NCBI GenBank assembly: GCA_945870035.1
Contig: CAMBQQ010000004.1
Span: forward strand, 197 to 64,196
Source: Rhizobium sp. Q54
GTDB lineage: Bacteria > Pseudomonadota > Alphaproteobacteria > Rhizobiales > Xanthobacteraceae
DNA: 64,000 nucleotides
Reading direction: 5' to 3'
Positions 20,727 to 30,767 of the stretch are shown in pieces (the first letter of the stretch is position 1; the number at the start of each line of letters is the position of its first letter). Below the pieces are notes generated by a model, which was not told where the DNA came from, did no database searches, and was given only the letters and a program-made list of their open reading frames with translations. Both the position numbers and the translations under genes were made by a program.

Positions 20727-20964
20727 TGAGAAGGGCACCCGGCTGGCGGACCCTTTTACAGCCCATGGGGGATTTGGCCAGCGCGGCGCGTGAGGGGCAG
20801 CCTGCTGCAAAACGCTCTGCTGCATTGCGCCAAAATGCGTTTGAGGCGGCTTGGCTGAAACTTCCTTCTAGCCGCCACGTTGGAAACGAAATTGACCGCA
20901 AGGCGCTCAGGTGTAAGCTTTTATTTCGGTTCCGGCGGCTTTGCGTCGCCCGCTGACAGCCTAT

Positions 20965-23900
20965 ATGAGTGACCTCATGACGCTCCGACCGGTCAGCCTC
21001 GACGACAAATACGACCTCAACCAGTCGCATGTGCTGGTGACCGGCTATCAGGCCCTGATCCGCGCCATTCTGATGCAGAAAGAGCGCGATCGCCGCGCCG
21101 GCCTGAACACCGGTGGCTATCTTTCCGGCTATCGCGGCTCGCCCCTGGGTGGGCTCGACCAGCAGTTCATGCGCTCGGCCCGCGAATTGACCGCTGCCGA
21201 TGTCAAGTTCCTGCCCGGCCTGAATGAGGAACTCGCCGCCACCGCCGTCTGGGGCACCCAGCAGGCCGAACTGCGCGGCGAGGGCAAGTTCGATGGCGTC
21301 TTCGGCATGTGGTACGGCAAGGGCCCCGGGGTCGATCGCTCCGGCGACGTGTTCCGCCACGCCAATCTCGCCGGCACCTCGAAGCATGGCGGCGTGCTGG
21401 CCCTGATGGGTGACGACCACACCGCCGAGTCCTCCACCACCGCCCACCAGTCCGAATTTCATTTCGTCGATGTGATGATGCCGATCCTCAACCCGGCCGG
21501 CGTCCAGGAGATCATCGACTACGCGCTGCTTGGCTGGGCGATGTCGCGCTACACCGGCACCTGGACCGCGCTCAAATGCATGCATGAGACGGTGGAGTCG
21601 ACCGGCGTGGTTGACGGTTCGCTCGATCGTCTCAACATCGTGACGCCGACTGACTTCGCCATGCCCGAAGGCGGGCTCAATGTCCGGCTGGTCGATACCA
21701 TTCTCGGCCAGGAAGCGCGCCTGCACGACTACAAGCGCGACGCCATGCTGGCCTTCGTGCGCGCCAACAAGATCAACAAGACGATCATGTCGGGCGGCCG
21801 CACTCCGAAGATCGGCATCATCTCGACCGGCAAGGCCTATCTCGATGTGCGCCAGGCTTTCGACGAACTCGGCCTCGACGAGATCAAGTGCAACGACATC
21901 GGCATCCGCCTGTTCAAGATCGGCTGCGTCTGGCCGATCCCGCGCGACGAATTGCTGGAATTTGCCGCCGGGCTCGACCTCATCATCGTCGTCGAGGAAA
22001 AGCGCTCGCTCATCGAAGTGCAGGTGCGCGAGGAACTGTACGGCACCGCCAACCAGCCGGTCTGCATCGGCAAAAAGGACGAGAACGGCAATTGGCTGTT
22101 CCCGGTCAAGGGAGCGCTCGACGCCAACGACATTGCGATCGCCATTGGCGAACGCATTCTGCGGCTCGGCGCCAACGATGAAATGGCGGCGAGCGTCGCG
22201 CGGCTGAAATCGGCGCAGCACAAGCTGAACGAAACTGCCGACGTCGCCGTGCGCATTCCGTATTTCTGCTCCGGCTGTCCGCACAATTCATCGACGCGCG
22301 TGCCGGAAGGCAGCCGTGCCTATGCCGGCATCGGCTGCCATTTCATGTCGCAGTGGATGGACCGCAAGACGCTGGGCTTCACGCAGATGGGCGGCGAGGG
22401 CGCGAACTGGATCGGCGAAGCGCCGTTCAGCAAGCGCGATCACGTTTTCCAGAACCTCGGCGACGGCACTTACAATCACTCCGGCTATCTCGCCATTCGC
22501 GCCGCGATCGCTTCCGGCGTGACCATGACCTACAAAATTCTCTACAACGACGCGGTGGCGATGACCGGCGGCCAGCATCACGAAGGCGGCCTCACGGTGC
22601 AGCAGATCGCCGCGCAGGTCGCCGCCGAAGGCGCCAAGCGCATCATCGTCGTCACCGACGAGCCGGACAAATATCCAAACGACACCGAATGGCCGAAGGG
22701 CCTGACCATCCACCACCGTGACGACCTCGACGCGCTTCAGCGCGAAATGGCGACGGTGCCGGGCGTCAGCATCATCATCTACGACCAGACCTGCGCCGCC
22801 GAGAAACGCCGCCGCCGCAAGCGCGGCACGTTCCCCGATCCGGACAAGCGCGTCGTCATCAACGATCTCGTGTGCGAAGGCTGCGGCGATTGCGGCGTCA
22901 AATCGAATTGCGTGTCGGTGCAGCCTTTGGCGACCGAATGGGGCCGCAAGCGCACCATCGACCAGTCGAGCTGCAACAAGGACTATTCCTGCGTGAAGGG
23001 CTTCTGCCCGTCCTTCGTCACAGTGCACGGCGCCAAGCTTAAGAAAGGCGAGGGCATCTCGGAGCCGGCCGGCTGGCCGGCGCTGCCGTCGCCGAACGTG
23101 CCGCTGATCAATCATCCTTACGGCATCATCGTCACCGGCATCGGCGGTACCGGCATCGTCACCGTCGGCGCCATCATCGGCATGGCGGCGCATCTTGAAG
23201 GCAAGGGCGTCGGCATCATCGACATGGCGGGCCTGGCGCAGAAGGGCGGCGCGGTGTTCAGCCATATCCGCATCGCCAACAATGCCGACGACATTCACGC
23301 CATTCGTGTTGCCGCGGGCGGCGCCGATCTGGTGCTCGGCGGCGATATCGTCGTGGTCGGCTCCAAGAAGGTGCTGAGCGCCATCAAGCCCGGCAATACG
23401 CATATGATCGTCAACACCGCCGAGTTCATGCCCGGCGATTTCGCCCGCAATGCCGATTTCTCGCTGCCGACCGAAAAGCTCAAGCGCACCATCTCCGGCA
23501 CCGCCGGCCGCGAGCGCAGCCACTTCGTCGACGCGACCCGGCTGGCGACGGCGCTTCTGGGCAATTCGATCGGCGCCAACATGTTCATGCTGGGTTACGC
23601 CTATCAGAATGGCGGCCTGCCGCTGTCGGCGGACGCGGTCGAGAAAGCCATCGAGATGAACGGCGAGGCGGTGGCGATGAACCTCGCCGCGTTCCGCTAT
23701 GGCCGCCGCGCGGCCATCGACCCGGCGGCGGTTGAATCCTTGATTGCACCGCGCCCGGCAGAGGAAAACGACTCGCTCAAGCTGTCGCAGAGCTTCGACG
23801 AGATCGTCGAGCGCCGCGTCGCCTTCCTGACCGCCTATCAGAATGCGCGCTATGCGCGGCGATACCGCACCTTTGTCGACAAGGTCGTCGCCGCCGAGGC

Positions 23901-24456
23901 CGCCAAGACACCGGGACAGACGGCTTTGGCGGAAGCAGTCGCGCGCTATCTGTTCAAGCTGATGGCCTACAAGGACGAATACGAAGTCGCCCGGCTTTAC
24001 ACCGATACGTCTTTCATCGAGCGCGTGAAGTCCACCTTTGCCGCGGGCACGCTGCGTTTCGAATTCCATCTGGCGCCGCCGTTGCTGGCCAAAGTCGACA
24101 AGGCGACCGGCGAGCCGAAAAAGATGTCGTTCGGCCCGTGGATGCTGAAAGCGTTCGCCATGCTTTCGAAATTCAAATTCCTGCGCGGCACGCCGCTCGA
24201 CCCGTTCGGCTATACGCATGAGCGGCGCATGGAGCGCCGGCTGGTGACCGAGTATCTGGAATTGCTCGACACCGTCACGGCCGAGCTGACGCCGCTCAAT
24301 CATGCGACGGCGGTGGCGCTGGCTTCTATACCGGAAAAGATCAGGGGCTATGGGCCAATCAAGCAACGTACCCATGCCGCCGCCAAAGCTGAGGAAAAGG
24401 CGCTTTACGAGCAATTCCGCGCCGGCACCTCGCCTTTTCTGAAGGCGGCGGAGTAA
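20965..24456 (+). CDS. Indolepyruvate ferredoxin oxidoreductase family protein (fused subunits)
   Basis: SGYRGSPLGG, FCSGCPHN, NLGDGTYNH (ThDP site) and CEGCGDC..CVKGFCP; alternative start 20977. Confidence 0.93.
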   Translation: MSDLMTLRPVSLDDKYDLNQSHVLVTGYQALIRAILMQKERDRRAGLNTGGYLSGYRGSPLGGLDQQFMRSARELTAADVKFLPGLNEELAATAVWGTQQAELRGEGKFDGVFGMWYGKGPGVDRSGDVFRHANLAGTSKHGGVLALMGDDHTAESSTTAHQSEFHFVDVMMPILNPAGVQEIIDYALLGWAMSRYTGTWTALKCMHETVESTGVVDGSLDRLNIVTPTDFAMPEGGLNVRLVDTILGQEARLHDYKRDAMLAFVRANKINKTIMSGGRTPKIGIISTGKAYLDVRQAFDELGLDEIKCNDIGIRLFKIGCVWPIPRDELLEFAAGLDLIIVVEEKRSLIEVQVREELYGTANQPVCIGKKDENGNWLFPVKGALDANDIAIAIGERILRLGANDEMAASVARLKSAQHKLNETADVAVRIPYFCSGCPHNSSTRVPEGSRAYAGIGCHFMSQWMDRKTLGFTQMGGEGANWIGEAPFSKRDHVFQNLGDGTYNHSGYLAIRAAIASGVTMTYKILYNDAVAMTGGQHHEGGLTVQQIAAQVAAEGAKRIIVVTDEPDKYPNDTEWPKGLTIHHRDDLDALQREMATVPGVSIIIYDQTCAAEKRRRRKRGTFPDPDKRVVINDLVCEGCGDCGVKSNCVSVQPLATEWGRKRTIDQSSCNKDYSCVKGFCPSFVTVHGAKLKKGEGISEPAGWPALPSPNVPLINHPYGIIVTGIGGTGIVTVGAIIGMAAHLEGKGVGIIDMAGLAQKGGAVFSHIRIANNADDIHAIRVAAGGADLVLGGDIVVVGSKKVLSAIKPGNTHMIVNTAEFMPGDFARNADFSLPTEKLKRTISGTAGRERSHFVDATRLATALLGNSIGANMFMLGYAYQNGGLPLSADAVEKAIEMNGEAVAMNLAAFRYGRRAAIDPAAVESLIAPRPAEENDSLKLSQSFDEIVERRVAFLTAYQNARYARRYRTFVDKVVAAEAAKTPGQTALAEAVARYLFKLMAYKDEYEVARLYTDTSFIERVKSTFAAGTLRFEFHLAPPLLAKVDKATGEPKKMSFGPWMLKAFAMLSKFKFLRGTPLDPFGYTHERRMERRLVTEYLELLDTVTAELTPLNHATAVALASIPEKIRGYGPIKQRTHAAAKAEEKALYEQFRAGTSPFLKAAE

Positions 24457-24493
24457 CGTGTTGAATGCCTGAACCCCGATTGGAGGCTTGTTC

Positions 24494-25168
24494 GTGATCT
24501 CAGCGGCGCGCTTGCGAGAGATTGCCTTCTGGTCCGCCGATCTGAGCGAGCAGGAATTCGAACACGCGCGCCGCGGCATCGTCGAAAAGGCCTATGGCAA
24601 GGGTGCCTATATCTGCCATCGCGGCGATCGGCTCGATTCCTGGGCCGGTGTGACCGAAGGTCTGGTCAAGCTGAGCACGGTGTCGCGCAACGGCAAGGCC
24701 GTGATGCTGGCGGGCCTGCGGGCAGGCGGGTGGTTCGGCGAAGGCACTGTCCTCAAGAACGAGCTGCGCCAGTACGACCTTGTCGCCTTGCGCGACACCC
24801 GCATGGCATTGATGGACCGCTCGACTTTTCTTTGGTTGTTCGAGAATAGCGTCGGATTCAACCGCTTCCTGGTCAAGCAGTTCAATGAACGCCTGGGTCA
24901 GTTCATCGCTCTGGTCGAATATGACCGGATGCTCGATGCCCCGGCGCGCCTCGCGCGCAACATCGCCTGGCTTTTCAACCCGGTCTTATACCGTGGCCTC
25001 GGCATGCACCTCCAAGTATCCCAGGAGGAAATCGGTCTGCTGTCGGGGATATCGCGCCAGATGGCGAACAAAAGCCTGCAAATCCTGGAGAGCAAAGGCT
25101 TACTGCGCGTCGAGCACAATGGAATTACGGTGCTGGAGTTGGAGCGCCTGGCCCGCTACGGCGGCTAG
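24494..25168 (+). CDS. Crp/Fnr family transcriptional regulator
   Basis: cNMP domain (GGWFGE), HTH SQEEIGLLSGISRQMANK; GGAGG 7 nt before GTG 24494. Confidence 0.9.
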   Translation: MISAARLREIAFWSADLSEQEFEHARRGIVEKAYGKGAYICHRGDRLDSWAGVTEGLVKLSTVSRNGKAVMLAGLRAGGWFGEGTVLKNELRQYDLVALRDTRMALMDRSTFLWLFENSVGFNRFLVKQFNERLGQFIALVEYDRMLDAPARLARNIAWLFNPVLYRGLGMHLQVSQEEIGLLSGISRQMANKSLQILESKGLLRVEHNGITVLELERLARYGG

Positions 25169-25479
25169 TCGACGTGGCCGACCGTGCGCCGGCAAGAAAT
25201 TATATAACCGCAGCTATAGCCGATATCCCCCGTGCTTGTCTGTCAAGTGGGGCGTTGCGGAAACTTTATTTCGTGCGATGGTCGTGGTCAGGACGGCGAT
25301 GGACGGGATTTCTTGCGGTAGCGGAATAGTTTAGCGGCGTTTTTCGGCCATTTTCCGCCCACTCGGAGCTTGACCGTCATCGGACAGTGAATTCATATCA
25401 ATACAAATAAGATCGCCCTTAAGGGCGGCTGAGGGGAAGATGCGGAGCCGGCGAGACAACGCCGGCTGAAGGGGAGGAT

Positions 25480-27462
25480 ATGGTTGTGGCGTCTGACGCC
25501 GCCGCTACGGCGGATACGTTTCCGAAGCTGTTGATCCGCAATGCGCGCCTGTATGGCGCGCGGCCGGCGATGCGGCACAAGGATCTCGGAATCTGGCAGA
25601 CCTGGACCTGGAAAGAGGTCGAGGAAATCGTGCGCGCCTACGCCGTGGGCTTAAACCGGCTCGGCCTCAAGCGCGGCGAAACCATCGCCATTGTCGGCTC
25701 CAACCGGCCCAAACTGTATTGGTCGGTCATGGCGGCGCAGATGCTGGGCGCGGTGCCGGTGCCGGTCTATGCCGATGCGGTGGCCGACGAACTGTCTTTC
25801 GTGCTGGCGCATGCCGATGTGCGCTTCGCCGCGGTCGAGGATCAGGAGCAGATCGACAAGATCCAGTCGGTACTCGACCGGCTGCCAAAACTCGAACTGA
25901 TGTTCTACGACGAGGCCCGCGGCCTGCGCGATTACGACCACGCCAAACTGCGCGCCATGGATAACGTCATCGCCGACGGCCGCAAGGCGCTAGCCGCCGA
26001 CCCCAAGCTCGGCCAATGGCTCGATGCCGAGATCGCGGCTGGCAAAGGCTCCGACCCGTCGATCATTCTCTATACTTCCGGCACCACCGGCGCTTCGAAA
26101 GGCGTGGTGCTGTCCGGCGAGCGCTCGATCAAGGCGGCGACCGACACCGTCATTTTCGACAAGCTCACCGAGAACGATGTCGCGCTGGCTTATTTGCCGT
26201 TGGCCTGGGTCGGCGATCATTATCTCAATTACGCGCAAGGGCTGGTGGCCGGTTTCTGCACCGCCTGTCCGGAGAGCGCCGAGACGGCGATGTCCGATCT
26301 GCGCGAGATCGGCCCGAGTTTCTACTTTGCGCCGCCGCGCACGCTCGAAGTGCTGCTGACGCGAATGATGATCCGCATGGAGGACGCGAGCCGCCTCAAG
26401 AAAAAAATGTTTCACTATTTTCTCGGCGTGGCGCGGCAATATGGCGAGCGCATTCTCAACGGCGAGAGCGTGCCGCTCAAGGGCCGCCTCCTATACGCGC
26501 TCGGCAATGTTCTGGTCTATGCGCCGCTCAAGAACGTGCTCGGCTTTTCGCGCGTGCGGGTCGCCTATACGGCGGGCGAAGCCATCGGCCCGGATCTGTT
26601 CGCCTTTTATCGCTCGATCGGGCTCAACCTGAAGCAGCTCTACGGCCAGACCGAAGCATTCCTCTATGTCACGGCGCAGCCGGACGGCGCCATCTATTCC
26701 GATACCGTCGGACCGGCCTGTCCGAATGTCGATATCCGCATCGCCGAGAACGGCGAGGTGCTGTTCAAGTCGCCGGGCATGTTCATCGGCTATTTCAAAG
26801 ACGCCGCCAAGACCGCGGAGGTCACCACGCCGGACGGCTATGTGATGACCGGCGACGCCGGCTATTTCGATGAGAAGACCGGCCATCTCAAGATCATCGA
26901 CCGTGCCAAGGATGTCGGCCGCCTCAATGATGGCACGATGTTTCCGCCGAAATACATCGAGAACAAGCTCAAGTTCTTCCCCGACATCCGCGAGGCCGTC
27001 GCCTATGGCGACAAGCGCGATTTCGTCACCGTGATGCTCAACATCGATCTGACCGCGGTCAGCAGCTGGGCCGAGCGCAACAACGTCTCCTACGGCTCCT
27101 ATCAGGAACTGGCCGGGCATCCGCTGGTCTATGCGATGATGGAGAAACACGTCGCCGAAGTGAACGCCGCGATGGCCGCCGACAAGATGCTCGCCGGCAA
27201 CCAGATCAAGCGCTTCCTCATTTTGCACAAGGAACTCGACGCCGATGACGGCGAACTGACGCGCACGCAGAAGGTGCGCCGCGGCTTCGTCGCCGAGCGC
27301 TACAAGCCGTTGATCGACGCGCTCTATAATGGAGCCAAGGAAGCCGATATCTCGACTGAAGTGACCTTCGAGGACGGCCGCAAGGGTACGCTCGCCGCCC
27401 GCGTCAAGATCGCCGACATGCAGCCGGTCGTACCGTCCGGAACGTTGGGGAAAGCGGCATGA
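25480..27462 (+). CDS. Long-chain acyl-CoA synthetase-like AMP-binding protein
   Basis: YTSGTTGASKG, YGQTE and TGDAG. Confidence 0.92.
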   Translation: MVVASDAAATADTFPKLLIRNARLYGARPAMRHKDLGIWQTWTWKEVEEIVRAYAVGLNRLGLKRGETIAIVGSNRPKLYWSVMAAQMLGAVPVPVYADAVADELSFVLAHADVRFAAVEDQEQIDKIQSVLDRLPKLELMFYDEARGLRDYDHAKLRAMDNVIADGRKALAADPKLGQWLDAEIAAGKGSDPSIILYTSGTTGASKGVVLSGERSIKAATDTVIFDKLTENDVALAYLPLAWVGDHYLNYAQGLVAGFCTACPESAETAMSDLREIGPSFYFAPPRTLEVLLTRMMIRMEDASRLKKKMFHYFLGVARQYGERILNGESVPLKGRLLYALGNVLVYAPLKNVLGFSRVRVAYTAGEAIGPDLFAFYRSIGLNLKQLYGQTEAFLYVTAQPDGAIYSDTVGPACPNVDIRIAENGEVLFKSPGMFIGYFKDAAKTAEVTTPDGYVMTGDAGYFDEKTGHLKIIDRAKDVGRLNDGTMFPPKYIENKLKFFPDIREAVAYGDKRDFVTVMLNIDLTAVSSWAERNNVSYGSYQELAGHPLVYAMMEKHVAEVNAAMAADKMLAGNQIKRFLILHKELDADDGELTRTQKVRRGFVAERYKPLIDALYNGAKEADISTEVTFEDGRKGTLAARVKIADMQPVVPSGTLGKAA

Positions 27463-28259
27463 GGGCGCCCGACGGACCCCCGGTGACTTCCGGCGACGTG
27501 CTGCTGTCGATCGACAACGTTTCGCTGTCGTTCGGCGGCGTCAAAGCCATCAGCGGCGTCTCCTTCGACATCCGCAAGGGTGAAATCCGCGCCATCATCG
27601 GTCCGAACGGCGCCGGCAAGACGTCGATGCTGAACATCATCAACGGCTTCTATCATCCGCAGCAGGGCATCATCACCTTCAAGGGCGAGGCGCGCACCAG
27701 GATGCGGCCGCATGATGCCGCCGACGGCGGCATCGCCCGCACCTTCCAGAATGTCGCGCTGTTTCGCGGTATGAGCGCGCTCGACAACATCATGGCCGGC
27801 CGCACGCTCAAGATGAAGCGCAACATGTTCTGGCAGATGCTGCGCATCGGCCCGGCGCTGGCCGAGGAGGTCGAACATCGCCACCGCGTCGAGGAGATCA
27901 TCGACTTCCTCAAGATCCAGGAAATCCGCCGCACGCCGGTCAGCCGGCTGCCGTATGGCTTGCAGAAGCGCGTCGAACTCGGCCGTGCGCTGGCCATGGA
28001 GCCGGAATTGCTGCTGTTCGATGAGCCGATGGCCGGCATGAACATCGAAGAGAAAGAGGACATGTCGCGCTTCATTCTCGATGTGAACGAGCATTACGGC
28101 ACGACGATCGCCCTGATCGAGCACGACATGGGCGTGGTGATGGATCTGTCGGATCGAGTCGTCGTGCTCGACCACGGCATCAAGATTGCCGACGGCACGC
28201 CCGCCGAGGTGAAGAGCAATCAAGCGGTGATCGACGCCTATCTGGGAGTGGCGCATTGA
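27459..28259 (+). CDS. ABC ATP-binding protein (LivG-like)
   Basis: GPNGAGKT, ARTFQN and LPYGLQKRVE. Confidence 0.92.
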   Translation: MRAPDGPPVTSGDVLLSIDNVSLSFGGVKAISGVSFDIRKGEIRAIIGPNGAGKTSMLNIINGFYHPQQGIITFKGEARTRMRPHDAADGGIARTFQNVALFRGMSALDNIMAGRTLKMKRNMFWQMLRIGPALAEEVEHRHRVEEIIDFLKIQEIRRTPVSRLPYGLQKRVELGRALAMEPELLLFDEPMAGMNIEEKEDMSRFILDVNEHYGTTIALIEHDMGVVMDLSDRVVVLDHGIKIADGTPAEVKSNQAVIDAYLGVAH

Positions 28260-28305
28260 TGATGGCTGTTGTGAAAAACGATGGTGCCACTTGCGCTGTT
28301 CTTTT

Positions 28306-28427
28306 CCCTCCCCCCTTGAGGGGGAGGGTCAGGGAGGGGGGGAAGCGCCAGTCGGATGCGGTTCGGCTTACCCCCCTCCCGACCGGCCTTCGGCCGGTCG
28401 ACCTCCCCCTCAAGGGGGGAGGTGAAG
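28306..28427. repeat. REP/RIME-like palindromic element, family A, copy 4 (inside an operon)
   Basis: ccctcccccc/ggggaggg..cccccctccc-hairpin-cctccccc/gggggagg-tga. Confidence 0.85.
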
Positions 28428-28449
28428 ACTGCGGCGAGGATATCCAGAC

Positions 28450-29379
28450 ATGATCCTCTTTGGCCAATTCCTTGAAGTCCTCGTCAGTGGCCTCCTGGCC
28501 GGCGTGCTTTATTCACTGGTCGCGCTCGGCTTCGTGCTGATCTTCAAGGCGTCCGGCGTGTTCAACTTCGCGCAGGGCGCAATGGTGCTGCTCGCGGGTC
28601 TTGCGCTGGTGCGCTCGCTCGACATGATGGTCGCGAATGGCCTGCCGTTCTGGGCGGCGATCATGCTGGCGCTGTTGTTCGCCGCGCTGGTCATGGCGAT
28701 CACCGCGTTCATGGTGGAGCGCTTCGTGCTCGGGCCGCTGATCAATCAGGACGGGCTGACATTGTTCATGTCCACCATCGGTGTCACCTTCATTATCGAA
28801 GGCGGCGCGCAGATGCTGTTCGGCTCCGACGTCTATCCGCTGCGGCTGTTCCCGAGCGATGCCTGGTTCCTGTTCGAAGACTCGTTCCCCGGCGGCATTC
28901 TGGTCAGCAAGATCGACGTCTGGGGCGGCCTGATCGCCGCCGTGCTGGTCGTCGGCCTGGCGCTGTTCTTCCAGAAGACCAAAACCGGCCGCGCGCTGCG
29001 CGCGGTCGCCGACGATCACGCCGCGGCGCAGTCGGTGGGCATTTCGCTGAACTGGATCTGGTTCATCGTCTGGCTGGTCGCCGGTCTGGTGGCGTTGGTC
29101 GCCGCCACTGTGTGGGGCACCAAACTCGGCGTGCAGTTTTCCATCACCTTCCTGGCGCTGAAGGCGCTACCGGTGCTGATCATCGGCGGCTTTACCTCGG
29201 TGCCTGGCGCGATCGTCGGCGGCTTGATCGTCGGCGCTGGCGAGAAGCTGGCTGAGGCCTATCTCGGTCCGTTCATCGGCGGCGGCATCGAATACTGGTT
29301 TGCCTATGTGCTGGCGCTGGTCGTGCTGATGGCGCGGCCGCAGGGCCTGTTTGGCGAGCGGATAATTGAGAGAATTTGA
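28450..29379 (+). CDS. ABC permease (LivH-like)
   Basis: GVFNFAQG, TGRALRAVADD and GGFTSVPG. Confidence 0.92.
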   Translation: MILFGQFLEVLVSGLLAGVLYSLVALGFVLIFKASGVFNFAQGAMVLLAGLALVRSLDMMVANGLPFWAAIMLALLFAALVMAITAFMVERFVLGPLINQDGLTLFMSTIGVTFIIEGGAQMLFGSDVYPLRLFPSDAWFLFEDSFPGGILVSKIDVWGGLIAAVLVVGLALFFQKTKTGRALRAVADDHAAAQSVGISLNWIWFIVWLVAGLVALVAATVWGTKLGVQFSITFLALKALPVLIIGGFTSVPGAIVGGLIVGAGEKLAEAYLGPFIGGGIEYWFAYVLALVVLMARPQGLFGERIIERI

Positions 29380-29407
29380 GTCATGCGAACCGGCGATCGA
29401 TACTTTA

Positions 29408-29488
29408 CTCCGTTCGTCCCCGCGAAAGCGGGGACCCAGAATTTTTTAAGAAATAACTGGATTCCCGCTTTCGCGGGAACGAACGGAG
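29408..29488. repeat. Inverted REP doublet, family B
   Basis: ctccgttcgtccccgcgaaagcggggacccag and its near-perfect reverse complement around a 17-nt AT-rich spacer. Confidence 0.88.
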
Positions 29489-29529
29489 TTTGTTGTGGCG
29501 CTCAGCGATCAAGCGGAGGCTGGTGACAT

Positions 29530-30651
29530 ATGTTTTACCGCGAGACCGGCCAGTTCAAGACCAGCTACGCCGCCGACATGCAGATCTTTCCGATCAGGCA
29601 GGATCGCATCGCGCTGTGGGTCGTCCTGGCCTTCGCTTTCATCGGTATCCCGCTGCTCGATGGCCTTCAGGTCTGGCCGTTCGGCGGCGAATATATGCTG
29701 CGCGCCATTCTGATCCCGTTTCTGATCCTGTCGCTCGCCGCGATCGGCCTGAACATCCTGACCGGCTATTGCGGTCAGCTGTCGCTCGGCAGCGGCGCCT
29801 TCATGGCGATCGGCGCCTATAGCGCCTACAAGTTCGGCACCGGCGTCGACATTTCGTTCGGCCTGTTCGATCTGTCGATCCCGCCATTGTCGGTGCTGCC
29901 TTCTATCCTGCTTGGCGGTTTGATGGCGGCGATCATCGGCATCCTGTTCGGAATCCCGAGTCTTCGAATCAAAGGCCTCTATCTTGCGGTCGCAACGCTA
30001 GCGGCGCAGTTTTTCTTCGATTGGGTGTTCATTCGCGTGAAATGGTTCACCAACTATACCTCGTCGGGCTCGGTGGTGGCGCCGGATTTGAACTTCTTTG
30101 GGTACGTCGTCAACGCACCGATCGAACGTTATCTGTTGTGCCTGGTATTTGTGACGATCTTCGCGCTGCTGGCGAAGAACCTGGTGCGCGGCAATATCGG
30201 CCGGCAATGGATGGCGACGCGCGACATGGACATCGCCGCCGAGTTGATGGGCATCCGGCCGCTTTATGCCAAGCTTTCGGCCTTCGCCATTTCGTCCTTC
30301 ATCATGGGCGTCGCCGGCGCGCTGTGGGCCTTCGTCTATCTCGGCGCCTGGGAGCCTCTGGCCTTCAGCATCGACCGCTCGTTCCAGATCCTGTTCATGG
30401 TCATCATCGGCGGCCTCGGCTCGATCCTCGGTTCGTTTCTCGGCGCTGCCTTCATTCTTGTGCTGCCGATCGCGCTCGATCAGGTGCCGCATGCGCTGGG
30501 CATGCCGATCTCGGTCGAGACGGTATCGCTTTTGGTCTTTGTCATTACCGGCGCGTTGATCTGCTGGCTTCTGATCGTCGAACCGCGCGGTTTTGCGAGG
30601 CTTTGGTTGACCGGAAAGGAAAAGCTGAGGCTCTGGCCATACCCGTATTGA
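29530..30651 (+). CDS. ABC permease (LivM-like)
   Basis: GQLSLGSGAF, KGLYLAVATLA and IIGGLGS. Confidence 0.92.
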   Translation: MFYRETGQFKTSYAADMQIFPIRQDRIALWVVLAFAFIGIPLLDGLQVWPFGGEYMLRAILIPFLILSLAAIGLNILTGYCGQLSLGSGAFMAIGAYSAYKFGTGVDISFGLFDLSIPPLSVLPSILLGGLMAAIIGILFGIPSLRIKGLYLAVATLAAQFFFDWVFIRVKWFTNYTSSGSVVAPDLNFFGYVVNAPIERYLLCLVFVTIFALLAKNLVRGNIGRQWMATRDMDIAAELMGIRPLYAKLSAFAISSFIMGVAGALWAFVYLGAWEPLAFSIDRSFQILFMVIIGGLGSILGSFLGAAFILVLPIALDQVPHALGMPISVETVSLLVFVITGALICWLLIVEPRGFARLWLTGKEKLRLWPYPY

Positions 30652-30767
30652 AGGCATAGGCTTGAGGCTTCGAAGGTATAGGCGCGCAACCGGAGCGGCG
30701 CACCTGCCTCAAAAATAATAACCGCTTCAACGAACCGGCTGACAAGCCGACTCACAGGGAGGAAGAC

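Noticed and set aside
20701-24579. Long antisense ORFs (527 and 763 aa) opposite ior
   Set aside because: Shadow ORFs typical of high-GC coding DNA, with no motifs.
25385-25405. FNR box upstream of the CoA ligase
   Set aside because: Only one half-site (ATCAA) matches; too weak to call.
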